A stretch of DNA of 64,000 nt from Macrostomum lignano. Its lineage: Eukaryota. The notes beneath the pieces were generated by a model. That model saw nothing but the letters and a program-made list of their open reading frames with translations. It searched no databases and was not told the DNA's origin. The DNA is taken from assembly GCA_002269645.1 (NCBI GenBank), contig NIVC01002780.1, positions 77,044 through 141,043 on the forward strand, given 5' to 3'. Positions within the stretch are counted from its first letter, which is position 1. The number at the start of each line of letters is the position of its first letter. Position numbers and translations under genes: made by a program. Positions 28,101 to 40,600 of this stretch are shown here, one piece after another.

Positions 28101-29300
28101 AAGGAAATGGTCATGAATTCACAAAATTGTGATCATATCCAACCCCTAGTATATGCTTGACAACTTAATGTAAATGTTGTTACAACTTTAATAGTAGCAA
28201 CAAAAGATAACAAATAATATCTTTGAACTTTAGAGATAAATATTGAATGTTTGTTACATTTAAAAAAAGCTTTCTAAAAATGATTTGTAAAAACCAAAAT
28301 AAAAGTAACTCAACTATTTTTGTAAAAATCTAGATAGATGCATTTTGCACATGCATTTTGGGACTGTGGATTGTGGAGTTTAGGAGTTAGGAAGTTAAGA
28401 AATTTGTTGAGCTAAAGGGCTATTGAGTTTAGTGTTGTTATTGTTGCATGTGCATCTATAAACACCTAGTATTTAATTTTGAGCATATTATTATTTTGTT
28501 TTGTTTTAACATTCAGTGTTTTTGGGCACTACATGTCTATGCAACTAACTTTGCGATGGCACTATCTTTTTTGAGTGTTGGTATCATTGAGAAGCTCTTT
28601 TACTACTTCTACAAGCTGACTAAATGCTCGCTGCAAACTATTGTACACGGGATGGAGAATGCAGTCGCCAATTGCAACTAAGTTGGGTGCCAATTCTTTG
28701 AGAAGTGCCATGAGTCCTCCAACATTACCGCGCATTATATTTGCACTGCCTGATATGATTGAAATGCACTAACGGGGCTTCAAGTTCCGGCTGCCCAGTT
28801 TTTCAAGCACATTCTCCTTCAAGGCCTCAGCAGTTGCTCTGGGATGTTGAGCCCAAAAAAGAGAGTCTGTCATCACCTGGCACTGGTTGTCTCCCAGATG
28901 ACGGACTATTGCAACAAGCCACTGCTAACTTCTCACTCTGCTGCACTTCTTTTAGCACTTCCTTCTGCAGCTTAATACTGCCCTGTAGTGATACAAACTC
29001 GTGCTGTTTTCTTGCTATCTTGAGTATCATTAACAATAGAGTCTGCTAGAAGGAATCGCAGATGATGCTCAGCAAACATGATGGCAAGACGTATCTTGGC
29101 ATCCATCTTCTTGTCAGGTGGCCAAGTGCTTTTCAGCCTTGCTTTTCATCTTTTCTTCACATAAACTGTATTCTTGTACAACTTGCAGTCCACAAATCCA
29201 GTGGATTGCACATGTCAGGCACCCAGGCAGTCGCCATTCATACCTTTCTAGCTGGCATGCTCATCTTTCCATGCTGTGCAGCGGGACTCCTCCTCACGTA
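25200..29300 (-). pseudogene. Decayed hAT-superfamily transposase, interrupted by later insertions
   Basis: Minus-strand fragments: DAKIRLAIMFAEHHLRFLLADSI (~29030-29100); ATAEALKENVLEKLGSRNLK..ISGSANIMRGNVGGLMALLKELAPNLVAIGDCILH (28650-28846); dimerisation-like DRNWL*DLLLNSLMAIYL (~25250-25302). Multiple stops and frameshifts. Confidence 0.6.
27773..28148. mobile_element. hAT-type MITE with 8-bp target-site duplication
   Basis: GTATATTC|TAGAGGTTGGA ... TCCAACCCCTA|GTATATGC (TSD 7/8 match); subterminal inverted homology (ATGAGCTTGT.AGTT / AACTCACAAGCTCAT). Confidence 0.65.
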
Positions 29301-29728
29301 CTGGTCACTAATTGTGTTTGGCTACTAATACTAACTTACTATTTAACTTTCCAATTTTACTCTATAGTGTACCCTAGAACTGTATACTGTGCACAATATG
29401 TAACTATCAAAGACCACATCTTCTAAGTACTGCTGTATTTACATTCTGCTTTTCAACTGCATGCAATAGTGATTATTGTGAAGTGTAGATGAAGTTTTTG
29501 CATATCTTCAATGTCACTTTTTAGGCATTTGAGCTAAACTTTCGTTAATTTAAAATAAAAATAGAACACAGAGCTATACAAACTATAAAATAGTTTAAAA
29601 TAATAACATCAAATTAATACTTCTGAGCAATAAATGATTGCATTTTGACTAGTATTGCTACAATATTCAAACTGAATTCACTGTTACAGCATCAAGCAAT
29701 TCCATGATTTGCTTTGCAATTCAAACTT

Positions 29729-32700
29729 ATGGCAAGGAAAAGTAAGAAATCTGCTCGAGGAAAGAAGCAATCAGCAAAGTCATCATCAAGGTAAGTCAAT
29801 TTCGGAAGCCTATTTTTATTGTCTAATTAAATAATTTACAGTTAAGAATCGTTTATTGCGTAAATCTTGTAAATTGGTTTGATATGTATGCAATACATTA
29901 TGTTAGACATTAATATACATCTATAAGTTCGGAAAAATTGCAGTTTTTAATTAGCTTTGCATTTCTGCTTTTCAGACGTAGCACTTCGAGTGCAGCGAGC
30001 AGCTCAATCGCCAGTTCGGTAAGTCACTCACTCGTCACACTTAGTTTCACTTTTTATTCTTAGATTAGAGCTTCCGAAGTTGACTGTAAAGTTTAGGGAT
30101 TGAGAGGAGTTTAGGGACTGTGGAGTTTAGGGACTGTGGAGTTTAGGGACTGTGGAGTTTAGGGACTGTTGAGTTTAGGGATTGTGGAGTTTAGGGACTG
30201 TGGAGTTTAGTGACTGTGGAGTTTAGGGACTGTGGAGTTTAGTGACTGTGGAGTTTAGGGACTGTGGAGTTTAGTGACTGTGGAGTTTAGGGACTGTGGA
30301 GTTTAGGGACTGTGGAGTTTAGGGACTGTGGAGTTTAGGGACTGTGGAGTTTAGGGACTGTGGAGTTTAGGGACTGTGGAGTTTAGGGACTGTTGAGTTT
30401 AGGGATTGTAGAGTTTAGGGACTGTGGAGTTTAGGGACTGTGGAGTTTAGGGACTGTGGAGTTTAGGGACTGTGGAGTTTAGGGACTGTGGAGTTTAGGG
30501 ACTGTGGAGTTTAGGGACTGTGGAGTTTAGGGACTGTGGAGTTTAGGGACTGTGGAGTTTAGGGACTGTGGAGTTTAGGGATTTTAGAGTTTAGGGACTG
30601 TGGAGTTTACGGACTGTGGAGTTTAGTGACTGTGGAGTTTACGGACTGTGGAGTTTAGGGACTGGAGTTTACGGACTGTGGAGTTTACGGACTGTGGAGT
30701 TTACGGACTGTGGAGTTTAGTGACTGTGGAGTTTAGGGACTGTGGAGTTTAGTGACTGTGGAGTTTAGGGATTGTGGAGTTTAGGGACTGTGGAGTTTAG
30801 GGACTGTGGAGTTTAGGGACTGTGGAGTTTAGTGACTGTGGAGTTTAGTGACTGTGGAGTTTAGGGATTGTGGAGTTTAGGGACTGTGGAGTTTAGGGAC
30901 TGTTGAGTTTAGTGACTGTGGAGTTTAGGGATTGTGGAGTTTAGGGATTGTGGAGTTTAGGGACTGTGGAGTTTAGTGACTGTGGAGTTTAGGGACTGTG
31001 GAGTTTAGGGATTGTGGAGTTTAGGGACTGTGGAGTTTAGGGACTGTGAAGTTTAGTGACTGTGGAGTTTAGGGACTGTGGAGTTTAGGGACTGTGGAGT
31101 TTAGGGACTGTTGAGTTTAGTGACTGTGGAGTTTAGGGATTGTGGAGTTTAGGGATTGTGGAGTTTAGGGACTGTGGAGTTTAGTGACTGTGGAGTTTAG
31201 GGACTGTGGAGTTTAGGGATTGTGGAGTTTAGGGACTGTGGAGTTTAGGGACTGTGAAGTTTAGTGACTGTGGAGTTTAGGGACTGTGGAGTTTACGGAC
31301 TGTGGAGTTTACGGACTGTGAAGTTTAGTGACTGTGGAGTTTACGGACTGTGGAGTTTAGGGAATGTGGAGTTTAGTGACTGTGGAGTTTACGGACTGTG
31401 AAGTTTAGTGACTGTGGAGTTTAGGGACTGTGGAGTTTAGTGACTGTGGAGTTTAGTGACTGTGGAGTTTAGGGACTGTGGAGTTTAGGGACTGTGGAGT
31501 TTAGTGACTGTGGAGTTTAGGGACTGTGGAGTTTAGGGACTGTGGAGTTTAGAGATTAGGAAGTTTATAAATTCGTGAAGTTGAAGGCCTGTGGAGTTTG
31601 GTGTTGTTAAAAGTGCCTCAAGAAGAGTCCAGACTAATAACCGCGATTGCTGCAGGCCGCCGATCGCCAGTCGCGCGGCAGCAGGAAGTCTCCGCACCGC
31701 CGGGACAGCTCTGAGACGCAGCAGCGGCGGCAGTCTCAGTCAAAAGCCAAGCGGCATAGCCAGCCGTCGCGGTCTCAATCGGCCGTTGCGGCGTCGCGAA
31801 AGCGAAAAATTAGCAAATCGGAGCCTCTGTTGGAGGATAGTGAAAGCAGCAACAGCAGCAGCAGAAGCAGAGCCAATAGCCGGTCACAGCCGGCTGCCAC
31901 CAGAGTGTTGCGCTCCGCTTCCAGGCGTCAAGCCCGCGAACAGGCATCGCTGGCGTCTCCCCAGCAGCAGCAGCCGCAGCCGCAGCCTAGCGAGCAGCAG
32001 GCTAACAGTTCGGACTCGGCTCGTCAGGCCAGTTTGAGGTTTGTTTTCTGTTAATGCATTTGCTTTGCCTCCTGCTGCTTTTGTCTGCCTCTCCTGTTCT
32101 TTCACTGTTCCTGTCTTTTCTTTGTCTGTCTGCTTCCGCCTCTGTCTGCCTCTGACTGACCGTCTATCTGTCCTGTGTCTGACTGTCTGTCTATCTATCC
32201 TGTGTCTGACTGACTGTCTATCTGTCCTGTGTCTGACTGTCTGTCTATCTGTCCTGTGTCTGACTGTCTGTCTATCTGTCCTGTGTCTGACTGACTGTCT
32301 ATCTGTCCTGTGTCTGACTGTCTGTCTATCTGTCCTGTGTCTGACTGACTGTCTATCTGTCCTGTGTCTGACTGTCTGTCTATCTGTCCTGTGTCTGACT
32401 GTCTGCCTATCTGTCCTGTGTCTGACTGTCTGTCTATCTGTCCTGTGTCTGACTGTCTGTCTATCTCTCCTGTGTCTGACTGTCTGTCTATCTCTCCTGT
32501 GTCTGACTGTCTGTCTATCTCTCCTGTGTCTGACTGTCTGTCTATCTCTCCTGTGTCTGACTGACCGTCTATCTGTCCTGTGTCTGACTGACCGTCTATC
32601 TGTCCTGTGTCTTACTGTCTGTCTATCTGTCCTGTGTCTGACTGACTGTCTATCTCTCCTGTGTCTGACTGACCGTCTATCTGTCCTGTGTCTGACTGTC

Positions 32701-35700
32701 TATCTATCTCTCCTGTGTCTGACTGTCTGTCTATCTCTCCTGTGTCTGACTGACTGTCTATCTCTCCTGTGTCTGACTGTCTGTCTATCTGTCCTGTGTC
32801 TGACTGTCTGTCTATCTCTCCTGTGTCTGACTGACCGTCTATCTGTCCTGTGTCTGACTGTCTGTCTATCTGTCCTGTGTCTGACTGTCTGTCTATCTGT
32901 CCTGTGTCTGACTGTCTGTCTATCTGTCCTGTGTCTGACTGTCTGTCTATCTCTCCTGTGTCTGACTGACTGTCTATCTCTCCTGTGTCTGACTGACTGT
33001 CTATCTCTCCTGTGTCTGACTGACTGTCTATCTCTCCTGTGTCTGACTGACCGTCTATCTGTCCTGTGTCTGACTGTCTGTCTATCTGTCCTGTGTCTTA
33101 CTGTCTGTCTATCTGTCCTGTGTCTGACTGTCTGTCTATCTGTCCTGTGTCTGACTGACTGTCTATCTCTCCTGTGTCTGACTGTCTATCTCTCCAGTGT
33201 CTGACTGACTGTCTATCTCTCCTGTGTCTGACTGACTGTCTATCTCTCCTGTGTCTGACTGACTGTCTATCTCTCCTGTGTCTGACTGACCGTCTATCTG
33301 TCCTGTGTCTGACTGTCTGTCTATCTGTCCTGTGTCTGTCTGTCTATCTCTCCTGTGTCTGACTGTCTGTCTATCTGTCCTGTGTCTGACTGACTGTCTA
33401 TCTCTCCTGTGTCTGACTGTCTGTCTTTCCTGTGTCTGACTGTCTGTCTTTCCTGTCTGACTGTTTGTCTTTCCTGTGTCTGACTGTTTTCCTGTCTCTA
33501 TCTCTCCTGTGTCTGACTGCCTATCTCTCCTATGTCTGACTGTCTGTTTTTTCCTGTCTAACTGTCTGTCTTTCCTGTGTCTGACTGTCTGTTTTTTCCT
33601 GTCTAACTGTCTGTCTTTCCTGTGTCTGACTGTCTGTTTTTTCCTGTCTAACTGTCTGTCTTTCCTGTGTCTGACTGTCTGTTTTTTCCTGTCTAACTGT
33701 CTGTCTTTCCTGTGTCTGACTGTCTGTTTTTTCCTGTGTCTGACTGTCTGTCTCCTGTGTCTATCTCTCCTGTGTCTGACTGTGTCTGTCTTCTGTTTTC
33801 CTGTCTCTATCTCTCCTGTGTCTGACTGTGTCTGTAGTGTCTCCTATGCCTGTCTGTCTCTTGTCCACTATATTAAATTATCCATAAAATGTGCATTCAA
33901 AGTGCAATTTTCATATGTACCTTTATTATAACATACATAGCGCTCTACTGTTAGTAGCTAAAAACACCAATCATCCGCTTAGAGTATTATAGTTTTGTAT
34001 ATTCCAAATCTCGCCTTTATAGGAGCGCATGTAAAATAATCCTTGTGATTCTTTCCTGCCCTGTTTCTAACAGTATTAACCTTCCCTTGGCGTCGCTGGC
34101 CTTACAAAGCGGGCCCCAAGCAAGCATTTTTCTTTTTGCACCGCTAATCTACTAATCTGGCACTGCCGCAGCTATTAGCTGCATTGCCTTCTGCTTCAAG
34201 CCAGCTGCTTAGCCGCCCCCGGACGTGTTCTTTCTTTTTTCCGCTTAGCTTCGCAGCCTTTTCAAAATCTTCCTCACTTCTCGTGTTCCCCTTTCTGACC
34301 CTTTCGCTAATACTCCTTAATTGACGTCCTAATAGCTCACAGCTGCTTGATCTGCCCGTCACTGCCTACGTATCTGCCTGCATCTGTAGCTGTGTACGTG
34401 ATTGCCCGCATTTCCCCATCTCGTCCCATCTTTCCCGTTCTCGTCCTCATCTCTCCTCATCTATTCCCATCTCTTCCCGTCTCTCTCAGTCTCTTCCCGT
34501 CTCTCCCCATCTCTCCTCATCTCTTCCCATCTCTCCCCGTATCTCCCCATTTCTCCATACCTCCCATCTCTCCCCATTTCTCCTCGTATCTCCTCATTTC
34601 TCCCCGTCTCCCCTCATTTCTCCCCACCTCCCATCTCGTCCCCATCTCTCCCGTCTCTCCCATCTCTCCCATCTCTCCCCGTCTCTCTTCATTTCTCCCC
34701 ACCTCCCATCTCTCCCCATCTCCCATCTCTTCCTCATCTCTCCCCGTCTCCCGTCTGTTCCCCATCTCTTCCCATCTCCTCATCTCTCCCCGTCTCTCCT
34801 CGTCTCTTTCCCATCTCTCCCCATCTCCCAACTCTCTTCATCTCTCCCCGCATCTGCTTATCTCACACAATCTCTTCCTGTCTCCCCTGTCCATCTATTT
34901 TCTTGTCATCGCCTTCCATCTGTCAGATATCGAATTTCTTTGTCAGTAAGTATCTAAACTGTGGGTTCTTTAAACAAAAATCAACCAAGCATTTGCAATT
35001 TTTCATACTGGTAATCTAGCCCAGTGAAGCATACATTGTCAAGATTTCTCTGCACTTCAGACAATATCCAGCCACTCAGCTTCCAAGCCTCTTCTTGTCC
35101 CTGCTGTTGTCCCCTGCCCTGCTTGCAACTTTTGTTTGTGCAGAAAATTTATTTCTTATTATGTTTGGCTTGTCCGTTTCTATTATTAGAGTGAGTTTTC
35201 TTGAAGTTTCTTTACAGAATATAACAGCTTCTGTGTTGTTTTTCGGTTTTAGCATAGCTACTCACATGCTGTTGTTATTCTGGCTTCTCGTGTTTGGTCT
35301 TGCCTAAAGCTCACTCTTAATAACTAACCTTGCATTCTAACGGTGTGTGTGTGTGTGTTCTGTCTTCTTCTTTTCTCTTGCCAATTGCCAATAAACAAAT
35401 CCTTGAGTTTTAAGATTTTTTATCCTTTCAGACCCGGAGTTCACACTGACAACATTGTTTTCTAAATGCTGGAGAAATTCTCGAAAATTGTTTATCCGAC
35501 TCGATTGGATAAATTAATTCTCCCACTCTCATTATCACTCACTCACTCACTCACTCACTCACTCCCATTTTCTCACTCGTTCACTTACTTTCATTCAATC
35601 ACTCATTCATTCATTCATTCACCCACTCATTCACTCACTCCCATTCTCTCACTCTCGTTCACTCACTTTCATTCAATCACATTCGTTCACTCACGCCCAT

Positions 35701-37646
35701 TTTCTCACATTCGTTCACTCACTCCCATTCTCTCACATTCGTTCACTCACTTTTATTCACTCATTCCATTCTCTCACACTCATTCACTCACTTTCATTCA
35801 ATCACATTCGTTCACTCACGCCCATTTTCTCACATTCGTTCACTCACTTTCATTCACTCACTCCATTCTCTCACACTCGTTCACTCACTTTCATTCTCTC
35901 ACTCCATTCTCTCACACTCGTTCACTCACTTTCATTCTCTCACACTCGTTCACTCACTTTCACTCTCACATTCGTTCACTCACTTTTATTCTCTCACACT
36001 CGTTCACTCACTTTCATTCTCTCACTCCATTCTCTCACACTCGTTCACTCACTTTCATTCTCTCACATTCGTTCACTCACTCCCACTCTCTCACACTCGT
36101 TCACTCACTTTCATTCTCTCCTTCCCCTCTTTCCCTCTCTCACACTCGTTCACTCACTCTCATGAACTTTTTGTTGTATTAAAACTTAACTTGCTCGTTC
36201 CAAAACTGGCTTTATTCATTTATTGGGTGCCAGTAAAGACTTTCTGTTCCGAGGTTAGGCTACGGGCTGTTTAAGGACAAGTAGGGAGTTGGCGCGAGCG
36301 CACATGACGCGCAGTACAGTAGGGGCGGGAGAGGCCTGGATTCTGTTTATAATTGGCCTGGATGGGTACCTTGGCTACCTGTCTGAAATAGCACTACAAT
36401 ATTGAGACTGTGCAATTGCAAGTTTTCTCGTAGCTAGATAGGTAGATAGATGAAGTATATATAAAGGTAATTTGTCTATTTGAACACCAAACTGTTCAGC
36501 TAAAGGACTCCGAGTGCGGTCAGGTTAGGAAAAGGTCTTGGCTGGTAGTAGGGCGGTACCCTGCCCTCAGTTTTCATTTCTTTATAGTCGATTCCCATTG
36601 GCTCGGCCTGTCTCACCCTCTGCCTACCCTTCACTCTCTCTCCACCTCTCTCCCATTTGCGCACAAGGCGACCTAGACGGATCAGCTGATCGGTCTGTCT
36701 GAGCAATATACCTACTCTTGTACGTACACAGCGTGCTTTGTATTGCTAGGAGCAGCGCGTGTGTGTTTAGTACCTTTGTGTGTGACCCGCCCGCCTGCCT
36801 GCGTGTCCTCAAGCCAGATTTCTTCTGTCTATAACCGTGTGCGCGTGTGTACCCCATTGAACACTGTTGTTGGCTCCCCGGGTATTGGGCAGAGTGAAAC
36901 AGAGTGCATCGCCTGCTGAAGTTGGGGGGTAGAGTGGCGGTCCGCCCTCCTCTCTCCCTCTCCGCTCGTCCCCCTCTATCCGATCTCTCTTTCCTACGTG
37001 CCTCTTCAAAATAAAAAGCACTTTTTTTCAACGCCCAACCATTTGCCGTTCAGGCAGCTCCAGTTTTTTAATATATTTTCTCCGTCCTATCTCGCTTTCA
37101 AGCCCCTTCACTATAACGAGTTCGACTCGTGTCTCCCTGCTCTCTTTACCTAAGCCGTTTCAGTCTGTACCGCCCTGATTAGTCAGGGTCTCATAAGGCT
37201 GCTGTGTGCTTGCCTGCTTGCGCGCGTACTAAAAAAAACACAGTCAGCTCAACTCTCACAGAGCTGCGCGCTTGTCTACCTGGGTGGTGCAGTATTATAT
37301 CTGTCTCGTACTTGAGCTTTCCTAATTCTCCAACTCCAGAGTCTCTTTCCGTCTCCAAAAGTAAATATATATTATAATAGTAAATCGCCATACACAGATG
37401 GCTAACGCTCTGATAATTCTCCAGGCCTATGCTGCTTGCCGCATATTTAGTACATCCAGTCCTATTATTAGTATATAGAGCGCAATCCTAATCGAAGAGT
37501 AAGAGAAATTGAATCCAATCCGGCTGATTTTCGATCAACGCGCTGACTTACAGATCCGTGCCATTGAAGAAGCGGGCGCGGCTAACCACAGCCGAGGAGG
37601 CCAGCGATACAAACGCCAACACGGGCAACTGCGCTGCCGTAACTAA
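29729..37646 (+). CDS. TRIP12: Four upstream exons encoding a basic Ser/Arg/Lys-rich N-terminal region, most likely of TRIP12
   Basis: [20 protein letters not shown]|[15 protein letters not shown]|[19 protein letters not shown]|[31 protein letters not shown]|[11 protein letters not shown]. Donors are gtaagt, gtaagt, gtttgt, gtgagt; 581 nt plus the 1603-nt exon = 728 codons with no stop. Confidence 0.72.
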
Positions 37647-40600
37647 GTGAGTATATTTTGTTTGACTGTTGCATTCTGTTGATCACGTCTATGCATTTTT
37701 AACTTCCTGTGAGAGAATCGCCCCTGAACCAACCATCCCTGTGAGAGAATCGCCCCCGAACCAACCATCCCTGTGAGAGAATCGCCCCTGAACCAACCAC
37801 ACCTGTGAGAGAATCGCTCCTGAACCAACCATCCCTGTGAGAGAATCGCCCCTGAACCAACCACACCTGTGAGAGAATCGCTCCTGAACCAACCATCCCT
37901 GTGAGAGAATCGCCCCTGAACCAAACAGCAATGCGAGAGAATCGCCCCTGAACCAACCATCCCTGTGAGAGAATCGCCCCTGAACCAACCACACCTGTGA
38001 GAGAATCGCTTCTGAACCAACCATACCTGTGAGAGAATCGCCCCTGAACCAACCATACCTGTGAGAGAATCGCCCGTGAACTTACCATAACTGTGAGAGA
38101 ATCATTCCTGAAGCAACCATAGCTGTGAGAGAATCGCACCTGAACCAAACAGCCCTGTAGAGAATCGCCCCTGAACCAACCATCCCTGTGAGAGAATCGC
38201 CCCTGAACCAACCATCCCTGTGAGAGAATTGCCCCTGAACCAAACATCCCTGTGAGAGAATTGCCCCTGAACCAAACATCCCTGTGAGAGAATTGCCATG
38301 AACTGACAGACCACGCAATAGTATACAGTACAGTAATCAAGTGCTGAAATTCAATAGGTCTCGGTGCTAACTAACGTATAACTAGTACGAAGGCAAGGCT
38401 TTTGCGTGTGCTAAGCATTTTTTCCTGACAGGTCTCTGTACATTCTTTTTGTCCCTATAGAAAGTCAACTCGTTACAATGTATATGTATATATATATATA
38501 TACTCTGGGCGTCAACTTGCTTTTCAAGTCAGCACGTCAAGTCCATTTCGCTCACGCTCTATGCAAACAAATAAAGGCAACCACGCCAGACCGGGGGTAT
38601 GATATTCTTAGTGCACTATATATAGAAAATCAATTGCAGCATTGTAACTTGAACTCGTTTCAGTATTTCGCCAGGTTTACCAGAATCATTCAGTCCTCAT
38701 GTCCAGAATCATTCAGTCCTCATGTCCAGAATCATTCAGTCCTCATGTCCAGAATCATTCAGTCCTCATGTCCAGAATCATTCAGTCCTCATGTCCAGAA
38801 TCATTCAGTCCTCATGTCCAGAATCATTCAGTCCTCATGTCCAGAATCATTCAGTCCTCATATCCAGAATCATTCAGTCCTCATGTCCAGAATCATTCAG
38901 TCCTCATGTCCAGAATCATTCAGTCCTCATGTCCAGAATCATTCAGTCCTCATGTCCAGAATCATTCAGTCCTCATGTCCAGAATCATTCAGTCCTCATG
39001 TCCAGAATCATTAAGTCCTCATGTCCAGAATCATTCAGTCCTCATGTCCAGAATCATTCAGTCCTCATATCCAGAATCATTCAGTCCTCATGTCCAGAAT
39101 CATTCAGTCCTCATGTCCAGAATCATTCAGTCCTCATGTCCAGAATCATTCAGTCCTCATGTCCAGAATCATTCAGTCATCATGTCCAGAATCATTCAGT
39201 CCTCATGTCCAGAATCATTCAGTCCTCATGTCCAGAATCATTCAGTCCTCATGTCCAGAATCATTCAGTCCTCATGTCCAGAATCATTCAGTCCTCATGT
39301 CCAGAATCATTCAGTCCTCATGTCCAGAATCATTCAGTCCTCATGTCCAGAATCATTCAGTCCTCATGTCCAGAATCATTCAGTCCTCATATCCAGAATC
39401 ATTCAGTCCTCATGTCCAGAATCATTCAGTCCTCATGTCCAGAATCATTAAGTCCTCATGTCCAGAATCATTCAGTCCTCATGTCCAGAATCATTCAGTC
39501 CTCATGTCCAGAATCATTCAGTCCTCATGTCCAGAATCATTAAGTCCTCATGTCCAGAATCATTCAGTCCTCATGTCCAGAATCATTCAGTCCTCATATC
39601 CAGAATCATTCAGTCCTCATGTCCAGAATCATTCAGTCCTCATGTCCAGAATCATTCAGTCCTCATGTCCAGAATCATTCAGTCCTCATGTCCAGAATCA
39701 TTCAGTCATCATGTCCAGAATCATTCAGTCCTCATGTCCAGAATCATTCAGTCCTCATGTCCAGAATCATTCAGTCCTCATGTCCAGAATCATTCAGTCC
39801 TCATGTCCAGAATCATTCAGTCCTCATGTCCAGAATCATTCAGTCCTCATGTCCAGAATCATTCAGTCCTCATGTCCAGAATCATTCAGTCCTCATGTCC
39901 AGAATCATTCAGTCCTCATGTCCAGAATCATTCAGTCCTCATATCCAGAATCATTCAGTCCTCATATCCAGAATCATTCAGTCCTCATGTCCAGAATCAT
40001 TCAGTCCTCATGTCCAGAATCATTCAGTCCTCATCTGCAGAATCATTCAGTCCTCATGTCCAGAATCATTCACGCCCTCAGCCCCAAAATCCTTTATTGC
40101 CCCAATTTAATCCCCGTTCTCAGAATCCTCCAGCCTTCATCCCTAGAGTACTGTAATCCTCACGCTCAAATTACCTTAACGCTCATTCCCCAGCCCTTAG
40201 TAGTTCTTAATTCCCCATAGTTCTAGATAAAATTGAGCTGATCTATTTCTTTAATCTAAATTCTACATGCAATGAGTACATCTAATATCAATAGTTTACA
40301 GTATGAAAATCAGTTGTATGAATAGTTGAACTGTATACATTTGTATGCTTGATTGTGTTCTATTTTTGGATTCTCATCACCAAGCAAAGCAAAAGCAAAC
40401 TTGTGCATAGTGACATCGTAGCTTCTGTATAATGGCTTTGATGGGCTTTGATGCAGATTTGTTGTTAACTGACCCGGCCAGTTCCAATGCACAAAAGTTA
40501 AACCATTAACAAGAGAGTATTCATAAGCAGGCGATGGAAGCCGCAGAGCTGCATTTGTGTGTACTTTTCATTTTTAATCAACTGGCTGCATAGGCTGGCT

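Noticed and set aside
30095-31552. Interstitial telomere
   Set aside because: TTTAGGG is only part of a 16-bp unit and there are no tandem telomeric repeats.
31647-32054. Stand-alone protamine-like or CENP-A-tail gene
   Set aside because: No histone fold follows, and the exons splice in frame into TRIP12 with a recognisable conserved motif.
32041-36182. Long Leu/Cys/Ser/His-rich ORFs (387, 200, 205, 238 aa)
   Set aside because: Translations of TCTG, CT and CACT repeat arrays.
38478-40220. Several 180-400-aa ORFs with 23-aa repeats; CRISPR-like regularity
   Set aside because: Pure 23-bp tandem satellite with no spacers and no cas genes, in a eukaryotic intron; the ORFs exist only because the unit lacks stops.
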